A stretch of 64,000 bases of DNA, from NCBI GenBank assembly GCA_965204755.1, contig OZ242011.1, forward strand, positions 256,001-320,000, in the 5' to 3' direction. Of this stretch, positions 1 through 8,788 are shown piece after piece (position 1 is the first letter of the stretch; each line of letters opens with the position of its first letter). A program made the position numbers and the translations under genes. The DNA comes from Candidatus Marinacidobacterium sp. (GTDB taxonomy: Bacteria > Acidobacteriota > Vicinamibacteria > Marinacidobacterales > Marinacidobacteraceae). The notes under the pieces were generated by a model. That model searched no databases and was not told the origin of the DNA. It saw only the letters and a list, made by a program, of their open reading frames with translations.

Positions 1-837
1 CCGGCTCTCGGTCTCGTCGAAGGGGGAGCCGGCGTGCATCGCCGAGCGATTGTCCCAGACCGCCACCCACCCCGGCCGCCACGGCTGCAGCAGCGCGAAG
101 TCCGGGCCGGTCGCGTGCTCGCGGAGTTCGGCGAGCAGCGCCCGGCCTTCCTCCGCGTCGAGCCCGCTCACCGTCTCGATGTGGCACTCGGGAATGCAGA
201 GCGCCCTCCTCCCGGTCTCCGGGTGGCGGACGACCAGCGGCCGGACCACCGGCGGGTGGGCGCGGCGGACTTCCGGGGGGAGCGGCGGGCGGTGCTCGTT
301 CGTCTCCCGCAGGCGCCGATCCAGGTAGGCGTAGGAATGGACCGCGTAGCGCCCCTCGGCGCGGCGGCGGAGCGAAGGCGGGAGCGCCTCCCAGGCCTCG
401 GCCATCCCGGCGAACCAGGTGCCGCCGCCGTCTTCCGGATGGGTGATGCAGCGGAAGATGGAGCCGGCGGGCTGGGGACAGCGGAAACTGTCGTCGGCGT
501 GCCAGAGCACGGCGTCCTCGTCGGCCCGGACGAACAGCGACCGCAGCCGACCGTCCTCGCGCAGGTTGCCCAGTCGGAGGATCTCCGGGTGTTCCGGGTG
601 GAGGAAATCCGGGTCGTACTTCTCGTTCTTCTCCAGCGGCCCGAAGACCTCGCAGAACCGGAGGAAGTCCGCCGCGGAGAGGTCCTCCTGCCCGGTGAGG
701 ACGAGGAGGCCGCCGGACGAGAGCCACCGGTCGCGGAGGGAGCGGAGTTCCTCCCCGGAGGTCTCGGCGAGGCGGACGCCGTCGAGCCGGACGCCGAACC
801 CGGACCGGGTGAGCGGCGTCGCCCGGCGCTGGGTCAC
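1..837 (-). CDS. TauD/TfdA-family Fe(II)/2-oxoglutarate dioxygenase (3' end runs off the window)
   Basis: Manual minus-strand translation from GTG at 837 (not in ORF track): WHADDSF (HxD), GGGTWFA, HPPVVRPLVVRHPETGRRAL, VAVWDNRSAMH. Confidence 0.85.
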   Translation of the reverse strand, partial: MTQRRATPLTRSGFGVRLDGVRLAETSGEELRSLRDRWLSSGGLLVLTGQEDLSAADFLRFCEVFGPLEKNEKYDPDFLHPEHPEILRLGNLREDGRLRSLFVRADEDAVLWHADDSFRCPQPAGSIFRCITHPEDGGGTWFAGMAEAWEALPPSLRRRAEGRYAVHSYAYLDRRLRETNEHRPPLPPEVRRAHPPVVRPLVVRHPETGRRALCIPECHIETVSGLDAEEGRALLAELREHATGPDFALLQPWRPGWVAVWDNRSAMHAGSPFDETESR

Positions 838-974
838 CGGGCGGCGGGCGCGAGGCGCGCGGGCGGGAAGCCGGGGGGGAGCGGGTTCCGGAGCATGCAA
901 GTGGATTCCGGGCGAATTCTACGGAGCGGCGGCGCGTCGGACGCCCTTCCCGGCCGGCGCCCCCGCGTCCTCCG

Positions 975-980
975 TAGAAT
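975..980 (+). promoter_or_regulatory. -10 box TAGAAT, 6 nt before ATG 987 (possible leaderless transcript)
   Basis: AT-rich hexamer in a very GC-rich context at canonical distance from the start codon. Confidence 0.45.
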
Positions 981-986
981 CGGGAA

Positions 987-2030
987 ATGCCTCTTCCGCC
1001 TCCGCCCGAGTCCTCCCGCCGCCCGCTTCGGAAGCGGGCGGCCCGACGCCCCCTCCCCGCGGGCACCCTGGCCGCGGGCCTCCTCGCCCTCTCCCTCGGC
1101 GCCCCGGCCGCCGCCGCGGGCGCCCAGGGACGGACGCACACCTACCGGCCGGAGCGGGGCGTGGACAGTTTCGGCGTCCGCGAACCGGTGCTCCGGCTCG
1201 CCCCCGGCGACCGGCTGGTCAGCGAGACGATGAACCCGGCATTCGTCCCGGAGGGCGGCGGACCGGCGGGCGAAGTGGGCCCGATCTTCGTCGAGGGGGC
1301 GGAGCGGGGCGACGCCCTCCTCGTCCGGGTGGAGCGGCTGGAACTGAACCGGGACCGGGCGTACTCCGGCACTTCGCGCGGGTTCGCGGCGCTCACCATG
1401 ACCCCCCAGACGCCGATGCTCCACGAACCGGTCCCCGAGCGCCGGTTCGAGTGGATCCTCGACCGGGAAGCCGGGACCGGGACGCTGGCGCTGCCGGCGA
1501 GCGGCAAGGAACCGGTCACCGTGGCGCTCGCGCCGATGCTGGGCCGGATGGCGGTCGCCCCCGACCGGGGCGAAGTCATCTGGAACGCCGCGCCGGGGAA
1601 CTTCGGCGGCAACATGGACACGCCGGAGATCCGCGAAGGCGTGGTGGTGTGGCTCCCGGTGTTCGAGCCCGGCGCCTACTTCTACTTCGGCGATGTCCAC
1701 GCGCTCCAGGGGGAGGGCGAGATCACCGGCACCGGCCTCGAGACGACCGCCGAAGTCACCTTCGGGTTCGACCTGGCGAAGGGGGAGACCATCGCCTGGC
1801 CGCGGATCGAAAGCGACGAGTACCTGATGGTGGCCGGTTCGGTGCGCCCGCTGATGGACGCCTTCCGCATCGCCCACACCGAGATCGTGCTCTGGCTGGA
1901 GCGGGACTACGGCTACGACCGCTGGGAGGCGCTGCAGTTGCTCTCCCAGGTGGGCAGCGCCCGCATCGGCAATGTGGTGGACCCGAACTACACGGTCGTC
2001 GCCCGTTTCCCCAAGCGATACCTGCGATAA
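987..2030 (+). CDS. Acetamidase/formamidase-family protein with signal peptide
   Basis: GPIFVEGAERGD, PGNFGGNMD, GDVHALQGEGEITGTGLET motifs; N-terminal hydrophobic stretch ending AGAQ. Confidence 0.85.
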   Translation: MPLPPPPESSRRPLRKRAARRPLPAGTLAAGLLALSLGAPAAAAGAQGRTHTYRPERGVDSFGVREPVLRLAPGDRLVSETMNPAFVPEGGGPAGEVGPIFVEGAERGDALLVRVERLELNRDRAYSGTSRGFAALTMTPQTPMLHEPVPERRFEWILDREAGTGTLALPASGKEPVTVALAPMLGRMAVAPDRGEVIWNAAPGNFGGNMDTPEIREGVVVWLPVFEPGAYFYFGDVHALQGEGEITGTGLETTAEVTFGFDLAKGETIAWPRIESDEYLMVAGSVRPLMDAFRIAHTEIVLWLERDYGYDRWEALQLLSQVGSARIGNVVDPNYTVVARFPKRYLR

Positions 2031-2068
2031 CGCGGGGCGGCGGCGGCGACCGTACGGGGCTGCAGGGT

Positions 2069-2866
2069 ATGGACGCCTCGGAGCGCGGGGTCTCCATCGT
2101 CGTTCCGACCTGGCGCGAAGCGGCGAACCTCGCCCCGCTCGCCGAACGGGTGTCCGCGGCGATGTCCGCCGGGTCGTCCGCCGGGTCGTCCGCCGAGTCG
2201 TCCGCCGGTCCGGTCCCCTGGGAACTGGTCTTCGTGGACGACGACTCGCAGGACGGCAGCGAGGGAATCGCGGCGGACCTGGCACGGCGCTTTCCCGTGC
2301 GCCTGGAATCCCGGCGCGAAGGGCCGCGCGACCTCTCGCTCGCCGTCCTGGAGGGGGTCCGCCTGAGCCGCTACGACCGCATCGTGGTGATGGACGCCGA
2401 CCTCTCGCACCCGCCGGAGAGCATTCCGGCGCTCCTCGCGGAACTCGAGCGCGGCGGGTGCGACCTGGTCGTGGGGAGCCGATACGCACCGGGGAGCCGC
2501 ATCGCTCCCGGCTGGAGCCGGTGGCGGCTCTTCGGGTCGCGGCTGGCGACGCGGCTCGCGCAGCCGCTCGCGCCGGTCTCGGACCCGCTGTCGGGATTCC
2601 TCGCGATGGATCGGCGTTCCCTGCCGGACCTGGGGCCGCCGCGGCCGCTCGGTTACAAGATCGGGCTGGAGTGGATGGTTCGCGGGCGGCTGAGGGTCCG
2701 CGAAGTCCCGATCGGCTTCGCCGAGCGGAACCTGGGCGCGAGCAAGATGACCTGGCGGCAGCAGGTCGCCTACCTGTCGCAGTTGCTCCGGCTCTACTTC
2801 GCGGCCTTCCGGGTCTCCGATCGGGCCGGGCGCCCTCGCGCCCGGCCGCCGGAGCCCGGACGATGA
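2069..2866 (+). CDS. Polyprenol-monophosphomannose synthase (DPM1-like GT2)
   Basis: SIVVPTWREAANL, VDDDSQDGS, VVMDADLSHPPE, VVGSRY, SDPLSGF, GYKIGLE, EVPIGFAERNLGASK; ATG at 2069. Confidence 0.88.
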   Translation: MDASERGVSIVVPTWREAANLAPLAERVSAAMSAGSSAGSSAESSAGPVPWELVFVDDDSQDGSEGIAADLARRFPVRLESRREGPRDLSLAVLEGVRLSRYDRIVVMDADLSHPPESIPALLAELERGGCDLVVGSRYAPGSRIAPGWSRWRLFGSRLATRLAQPLAPVSDPLSGFLAMDRRSLPDLGPPRPLGYKIGLEWMVRGRLRVREVPIGFAERNLGASKMTWRQQVAYLSQLLRLYFAAFRVSDRAGRPRARPPEPGR

Positions 2867-5058
2867 CCGCCCCGAAACGGCCGGGACGGCGGAGGGACCG
2901 GGACCGGAGCGACGGCCGCCCGGGACGGCGCCGGCGCGAGCGGGAGCGCCGCCGCGCGGCGGCGCGGCGCGACGGACGAACCGGCAACGCGGACCGGCCG
3001 CGCGACGGGCGAACCGACGGCCCCACCGACGGCCCGACCGACGGGGCGACCGACGGGGCGAACCGGCGGCGGCGCCGGCTCGCCGCCCTGGCGCTCGGCC
3101 TCCTGTGCCTCGTCATCTACCTCCCCGCGGCGGACGGCGAGTTCCTCTGGGACGACGCCGTCTTCACCGACGCGGCGCCGGTGAGCGACCCCTCCGGCCT
3201 CGCGGACATCTGGTTCTCCCCCTCGTCCATCCCGAACGAAGGCCACTACTGGCCGCTGGTGTACACCTCGTTCTGGCTGGAGCACGCCCTGTGGGGTTTC
3301 GAGAGTTCGATTCCCTTCCACCTGACGAACATCCTCCTGCACCTCGTCAATACCCTGCTGCTGTGGGGTCTCCTGCGCCGCTTTTCGGTTCCCGGCGCCT
3401 TCGCCACCGCGGCGGTGTTCGCCGTCCATCCGGTGCATGTCGAGGCGGTCGCCTGGGTCATCGAGCGCAAGGATGTGCTCTCGGGCCTCTTCTACCTGAC
3501 GGCGGCCGGGGCCTGGTTCCGGTTCGTCGAAAGGCCCCGGAAGCGGACCTACGCGCTGTCGCTCGGGCTGTTCGCCGCCGGGCTCCTCTCCAAGTCCATC
3601 GTGGTGACCCTGCCGGTCGCGCTGTTGATCGCGCAGTGGTGGCGGCGCGGCCGGATCCTCGCCTCCGACCTGCGGCGGCTCGCGCCGTTCGCGCTGGTCG
3701 CGGTCGTCATCACGCTGGCCGACCTTTCCTACTACGCCGGGCGGGAGCCGGTCGCCTTCGACTACTCGTTCGTCGAACGCTCACTCCTCGCTTCCCGCGC
3801 CCTCTGGTCGTACGCGCTGAAACTCCTGTGGCCGTCGCCGCTCCCGGTGATCTACCCGCGGTGGGAAGTCACCGCCGCCGATCTCCTCGGCTGGGCGGCG
3901 CTCGTCGGCGCGGTCGCGGTCGCCGCGGCGCTCTGGTTCGCCCGCGAACGGATCGGCCGCGGCCCGCTGGCCGGCGCGGCGCTGTTCGCGGTGACCCTCT
4001 CGCCGGTCCTGGGTTTCGTCGACAATGTTTACATGGAGTTCTCCTTCGTGGCCGACCGCTACCAGTACCTGGCGAGCATCGGCCTCGCGACGGCGCTGGT
4101 CGCCGCCGGCGCCTCGTTCGCCGCGAAGCGGCCCGGCGCCGTGCTCGTCGGTTCGCGCTGGCTGGCCGGCGCGATCGTCGCGGCGCTCGGCCTCCTGACC
4201 TGGCGCCAGGCCGGCATCTACCGCGACGAAGTCACCTTCTTCCGCCACATCGTGGCCGCGAATCCCGATGCGCACGGCGCCCACGGCAACCTGACCATCG
4301 CCCTGCTGGACGCCGACCGGCCGGAGGAAGCGCTGGCCACCGGGCTCGTCGCCCTCGAAGGGGAACCGGACGATGTGGACCACCTGAACAGCCTCGGCCT
4401 CGCCCTGTTGCGGCTGGAGCGGCTGCCCGAGGCGGCCGAGTACTTCGAACGCGCCCGCGCGAGCGATCCCGACGCCGTGCAGCCGGCGCAGAACCTGGCC
4501 GAGGCGCGCCGCAAGCAGGGGCGCTACGAGGAGGCGGTCGAGGCCTACGGCGAGGCCCTGGAGATGGACGGCGAGTTCGCGCTGGCGCACGCCGGCCTGG
4601 GGGAGACGCTCTACCACCTCGGCCGCCACGAGGAGTCGCTGGCGGCGCTCCGCCGGGCGCTCACGCTCGACCCCGCCCTGCCGATGGCGCCGACGCTCCA
4701 CCGGCTGATGGGCCGCTCGGCGCAGGCGCTCGGCCGGCCCGACGCCGCGGAGTTCTACGAACTCACCCTGGCGGCCGACCCGCGGGACACCGAAGCGCTG
4801 AACCTGCTGGCGGTCGCGCGATTCGGGGAGGAGCGGTTCGAGGACGCGCTCGCGCTCTACCGGACGCTGCTGGAAATCGTTCCCGAAGACGCGCAGACGC
4901 ACACCAACCTGGGCGCCACGCTCTTCCACCTGGACCGGCTGGAAGAGGCCGCGCGGAGTTTCGAGCGCGCCGCCGCCCTCGACCCTTCCGCCGAAACGCC
5001 GCGCGCCTACCTGGAGGAAGTACGCGCCATCCAGCGGCAGCGGACCGCGAACCCGTGA
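2863..5058 (+). CDS. TMTC-like GT-C membrane glycosyltransferase with C-terminal TPR repeats
   Basis: FLWDD, YWPLVYTSF, FHLTNILLH, HPVHVEAVAWVIERKDVL, ADRYQYL; many TM segments then TPRs; ATGA overlap with upstream gene. Confidence 0.85.
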   Translation: MTAPKRPGRRRDRDRSDGRPGRRRRERERRRAAARRDGRTGNADRPRDGRTDGPTDGPTDGATDGANRRRRRLAALALGLLCLVIYLPAADGEFLWDDAVFTDAAPVSDPSGLADIWFSPSSIPNEGHYWPLVYTSFWLEHALWGFESSIPFHLTNILLHLVNTLLLWGLLRRFSVPGAFATAAVFAVHPVHVEAVAWVIERKDVLSGLFYLTAAGAWFRFVERPRKRTYALSLGLFAAGLLSKSIVVTLPVALLIAQWWRRGRILASDLRRLAPFALVAVVITLADLSYYAGREPVAFDYSFVERSLLASRALWSYALKLLWPSPLPVIYPRWEVTAADLLGWAALVGAVAVAAALWFARERIGRGPLAGAALFAVTLSPVLGFVDNVYMEFSFVADRYQYLASIGLATALVAAGASFAAKRPGAVLVGSRWLAGAIVAALGLLTWRQAGIYRDEVTFFRHIVAANPDAHGAHGNLTIALLDADRPEEALATGLVALEGEPDDVDHLNSLGLALLRLERLPEAAEYFERARASDPDAVQPAQNLAEARRKQGRYEEAVEAYGEALEMDGEFALAHAGLGETLYHLGRHEESLAALRRALTLDPALPMAPTLHRLMGRSAQALGRPDAAEFYELTLAADPRDTEALNLLAVARFGEERFEDALALYRTLLEIVPEDAQTHTNLGATLFHLDRLEEAARSFERAAALDPSAETPRAYLEEVRAIQRQRTANP

Positions 5059-5186
5059 TGGAGCCGGCGACGCCCGGGATCGCCGCCGAGGCCCCGCAAA
5101 CGCCGGTAGACGCTGCTCCTTGTCAAATCCGTGATGCGATCACCGAAATGACATCGCCCCGGCCCGCGACGGCGGAACGCCCCCCG

Positions 5187-6386
5187 ATGATCGCCCGCCA
5201 CCTGACGCCGGCGCTCCGCCGCGCCGCAACCCGGAGCCCGGTCGTCCTGCTGTCCGGCGCCCGGCAGTCGGGGAAGACGACGCTGGCGCGGGCGGTCTTC
5301 CCGGAGCACCGCTACCTGCCTCTGGAGATGCCGGATGTCCTCGAAGCGGCGATCGAGGATCCGCGGACCTTCCTCGCGCAGCACGACCGGTTGCTGCTGG
5401 ACGAAGTCCAGCGGGCGCCGGCGCTCCTGTCGTACATCCAGGGTCTCGTGGACGACGACCGGACGCCCGGACGATTCGTCCTGACCGCCTCGCAGAACCT
5501 GCTCCGCATGGAGTCGGTGACGCAGACGCTCGCGGGCCGCGTCGCGCGGCTTCGCCTCGATCCGTTCTCGCTGGCGGAAATCCGCGGGCGCCCGCCACTC
5601 GACCCGAATCTCCTCGACGCCTCCGTGACCGAGGCGCCCGCTTCGGCGCCGCCCGAACGCGGCCTGTGGGAAACCCTGTTCCGGGGCTTCTACCCGCCGC
5701 TCCACGCCGGGGGCGAGGAGCCGCGCGAATGGTTCGCGGACTACACGCGCACTTATGTGGACCGGGACCTGCGCGAAGTCATGACTGTCTCGGCCCCCTA
5801 TGCGTTCTTCCACTTTCTCCCGCTGGCCGCCGGCCGCACGGGGGCCGGACTCAACCTCACCGGATTGGCCGACGACGCCGACATCACCCGGCAGACGGCG
5901 CGCCGCTGGCTCTCCGCGTTGGAGACCGGTTTCCTCGCGACCACGCTGCATCCGCACTTCCGGAACTACGGGAAGCGGCAAAGGAAACGCCCTCGCCTGC
6001 ACTTCCTCGACAGCGGTCTCCTCTGCTATCTCCTCGGGATCCGAGACGCCGACACCCTCTCCCTCCACCCGCTCCGGGGAGCGGTCTTCGAGTCGTTCGT
6101 TGCGTCCGAACTCGTCAAGGCGTTCTCCGCTCGCCGCGAGGAGCCCCTCCTCTACTTCTTCGGCGATACGACCGGACACGAAGTGGACTTCCTCGTTGAT
6201 CTCGGAGACCGAGTCGCGCCGCTGGAAGTGAAGTCGGGCGCGACCTTTGCCGGGTACGCAACCCGGCGACTCAGGCGTTGGACTTCCCTCCCCGGTAACC
6301 CGAACGAAGGCGGCGTGCTGGTTACCGGCGGCGATCGCAGTTTCGACTTCGAGGGCTGCCGCGTTCGCCCCTGGTTCCTTTCCTGA
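5187..6386 (+). CDS. AAA_14 ATPase with DUF4143 domain
   Basis: GARQSGKTT Walker A, LLDEVQ Walker B, QTLAGR, FESFVASEL, EVDFLV..PLEVK. Confidence 0.88.
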   Translation: MIARHLTPALRRAATRSPVVLLSGARQSGKTTLARAVFPEHRYLPLEMPDVLEAAIEDPRTFLAQHDRLLLDEVQRAPALLSYIQGLVDDDRTPGRFVLTASQNLLRMESVTQTLAGRVARLRLDPFSLAEIRGRPPLDPNLLDASVTEAPASAPPERGLWETLFRGFYPPLHAGGEEPREWFADYTRTYVDRDLREVMTVSAPYAFFHFLPLAAGRTGAGLNLTGLADDADITRQTARRWLSALETGFLATTLHPHFRNYGKRQRKRPRLHFLDSGLLCYLLGIRDADTLSLHPLRGAVFESFVASELVKAFSARREEPLLYFFGDTTGHEVDFLVDLGDRVAPLEVKSGATFAGYATRRLRRWTSLPGNPNEGGVLVTGGDRSFDFEGCRVRPWFLS

Positions 6387-6424
6387 ACGCCTGACGCGTG
6401 ACCGCCGTCCGTCGGCGGCGCCGG

Positions 6425-6625
6425 TCAGCGCAGGCTGGCGGAGAGGTAGAGGCCGATCCCGGCGAGCAGCGGGAGGGCGCCGAGCGTGAGGAACGAGAAC
6501 AGCGAGACCGGGTGGTTCCAGAACAGGGTGAGCGCTTCGACGGACAGCCCGAAGGCGATCAACGCCGCCGCCGCGCGGAGCCGTTTCGGCCGGCCGCCGA
6601 GCGCCGCCCGGATCCGCGAAGTCAC
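6425..6625 (-). CDS. Small two-TM membrane protein coupled to the cytochrome c operon
   Basis: GTG at 6625 overlaps TGA of upstream cytochrome; product ...AAALIAFGLSVEALTLFWNHPVSLFSFLTLGALPLLAGIGLYL. Confidence 0.65.
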   Translation of the reverse strand: MTSRIRAALGGRPKRLRAAAALIAFGLSVEALTLFWNHPVSLFSFLTLGALPLLAGIGLYLSASLR

Positions 6626-7236
6626 GACGGCCGGGCCGGCCATCGCCCGTACCGGTCGAGCGTGTCCACCTCGTGCGCCAGGTTGTGGCACATCAGGCAG
6701 GTTCTCGCGCCGCTTTCGAGGTCCCGGAGGAACGGCGCATGGGGAGGCGATTCCAGGTAGGACCGGCCGCCGCGGTGGCATTCCAGACAAGTCCCGTTCC
6801 CGAAGGGACGGTAGAGGCGCACCGGGTCGGACACGGTTCCGGTAACCGAGCGCCACACATGGAGCGCGCCGCGCATCTTGTCGTCGACACCGCCGAACAT
6901 CGTGTAGTTCGCATGGCAGGTGAAACACGCCCGCTCCGCCGGGATCCTCCCGTTCTGGACATGCGCCGCCGGGAGGAAGGCCGGGTGGTCGATCTCCAGA
7001 CTCTCCCCGTACGCCGCCATGCCGTGGCAGGAAAGGCACCAGGTCGTCGTCTGCGCCTGCTCGTAGTGCCGGGAAACCCCTCCCAGGAGCGCGAGACCCG
7101 GCAGCGCGACGAACGCCACGAAGCCGACCGCCCGCGCGCCCGGCGCGCCGGAGAGCGCCGGCCGGCGCAGCAGGACCGCGATCAATGCGACGGAAGCGGC
7201 GGCCAAGCCCGCCAGCAGGAGATCGGAACCCGCCAC
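6622..7236 (-). CDS. NapC/NirT-family membrane-anchored tetraheme cytochrome c
   Basis: Four CxxCH (CLSCH, CFTCH, CLECH, CLMCH) after two N-terminal TM helices. Confidence 0.85.
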   Translation of the reverse strand: MAGSDLLLAGLAAASVALIAVLLRRPALSGAPGARAVGFVAFVALPGLALLGGVSRHYEQAQTTTWCLSCHGMAAYGESLEIDHPAFLPAAHVQNGRIPAERACFTCHANYTMFGGVDDKMRGALHVWRSVTGTVSDPVRLYRPFGNGTCLECHRGGRSYLESPPHAPFLRDLESGARTCLMCHNLAHEVDTLDRYGRWPARPS

Positions 7237-7240
7237 CGGT

Positions 7241-7332
7241 CAGCCCGCGGAAGGGGAGCGCCGCCCCGCGGCGCCCCTCCCCGGTCGGCGCTTCGCGCCG
7301 ACAGGCGCTCCCCGGACTTCCTCCACCGGCCG
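7241..7332. mobile_element. Short degenerate copy of the 222-bp MITE/REP-like element found at 60624-61511
   Basis: 7274-7332 aligns by eye to the reverse complement of the first ~59 bp of the 222-bp unit with 6-7 mismatches; begins directly after the TGA at 7333-7335. Confidence 0.75.
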
Positions 7333-8709
7333 TCAGTGGACGCGGTCCCGCGCGGGGCTCGCGCGGCGAACACGCAGGTCCTCGGCGAGGTGGCGGATCT
7401 CGGTGAGGGACTGCACCATCTCGCTCCAGCCGTACCAGAGCGCGTAGTCCGGGTTGTTGTGGAACACCCCCTGGAAGGCGCGCATCCGGTGTTCGAGGTG
7501 CATCTTGAACAGCCGCTGTTCGATCACCGTCGGGGCGTCGTGGAAGGCGAGCAGGTCCGGGTAGTCGGAGGCGTAACCCTCCGGCCGGGTCAGCACGCCG
7601 TCCCGGTAGAGGCCGGCCACGATGCCGATCGCTTCGGCGAGCAGCCGATCCGCCTGCCGGATCATCTCGTCGCCCTTTTCGAGTTCCGCCCGCGCGAAGT
7701 TCCCGGAATGGCAGTCTTCGCAGACGGCGATCATCCGGTCGCGTTCGCGTTGCCAGTCCTCTTCGGTCAGCCGCGCCGCGTCCACCGCCCGCACCGCGTC
7801 CAGCCGGGCCGTGGGTTCCCCTTCGGGGTCGAGCACGCCGAGCGCCTTGAGGATCGCCACCCGGTCCGCCGCCCACTGTTCGTCTTCCGGCAGCGGCAGC
7901 CGCACCGCGAGGAATCCCCAGGCCGTCCGCACCCCGTGGTGGCCGTCGGGCATGTGGCAGCGCTGGCAGGTGGGCGCCGCCGCCTCTTCCGGCAGCGCGC
8001 CGGTCTGCTTCAACATATGGCGGACGCCGTGTTTCGACGAGGAATACATCTCCCACTGCGGGTGGTCGATCCCCATGTGGCAGGTGCGGCAGGCCTGCGG
8101 CTCCCGGGCTTCCCGGACCGAGAACAGGTGGCGGGTATGGCAGGAGTCGCAGGAAGCGAGGCCGAACATGACCCCCTCGGCGCGCAGGGCGCGGATCTCT
8201 TCCTCGGTCTTGAGCCCCAGTCGGTGGCACCCGCCGCAACCCTTCATCCCCTCCGTCAGCGCCATCGGCAACTGGTGCGTCGTCGGCATGGCGTTCATGC
8301 TCGCCCAGGCCAGCGCGTGCTTGCCGCCGGCGAACTGGTCGGTCTGGATGGGATGGCAGGTCCCGCAGACCTCCGGCGTCGCCGTCCCGACGAGATGCAG
8401 GTCGTCCGCGCCCCGGTGCCCGTCCCCGTGGCACATCGAGCAGTCCACGCCGTCGGCGGCGTGCCGGCTGAGTTCCCAGTCGGTGACGATGGACGGCGTC
8501 TCCGTCCGGTGGCACCCCACGCACCCCGCCGGGTCCGCCGGCGGCGGCTCGCTCGCCTGCCCGCAGCCGGCGGCCGCCCCCGCCGCGAGGCCGGCGAACA
8601 GCCCCGCTGCGAGGCCGGCGGACCGCGCGGCCCGGAGGATCACCCGGAAACCTCCCGAGAGCGAGCGCGTCCCGGTACCGGCGCGTCCCGTCTCCACGAA
8701 GACCATCAC
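7333..8709 (-). CDS. Octaheme HAO-family multiheme cytochrome c (likely lipoprotein; start uncertain)
   Basis: Eight CxxCH (CVGCH, CSMCH, CGTCH, CGGCH, CDSCH, CRTCH, CQRCH, CEDCH); CDSCHTRHLFS and CHMGIDHPQWEMY HAO-type motifs; AAAGC lipobox-like. Confidence 0.88.
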   Translation of the reverse strand: MMVFVETGRAGTGTRSLSGGFRVILRAARSAGLAAGLFAGLAAGAAAGCGQASEPPPADPAGCVGCHRTETPSIVTDWELSRHAADGVDCSMCHGDGHRGADDLHLVGTATPEVCGTCHPIQTDQFAGGKHALAWASMNAMPTTHQLPMALTEGMKGCGGCHRLGLKTEEEIRALRAEGVMFGLASCDSCHTRHLFSVREAREPQACRTCHMGIDHPQWEMYSSSKHGVRHMLKQTGALPEEAAAPTCQRCHMPDGHHGVRTAWGFLAVRLPLPEDEQWAADRVAILKALGVLDPEGEPTARLDAVRAVDAARLTEEDWQRERDRMIAVCEDCHSGNFARAELEKGDEMIRQADRLLAEAIGIVAGLYRDGVLTRPEGYASDYPDLLAFHDAPTVIEQRLFKMHLEHRMRAFQGVFHNNPDYALWYGWSEMVQSLTEIRHLAEDLRVRRASPARDRVH

Positions 8710-8788
8710 TGCGAGCGCCTATTCTCGCCCGCCGTCCGGCGGCGCGCCACTCGGCCGGGGAAGGCGAGGACGCCCTCCCCGCGGCCCC

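Noticed and set aside
34-1233. 399-aa plus-strand ORF
   Set aside because: Antisense shadow of the minus-strand TauD-family gene
5187-6386. AAA_14/DUF4143 ATPase as a novel defence system
   Set aside because: Common stand-alone family; no partner genes here
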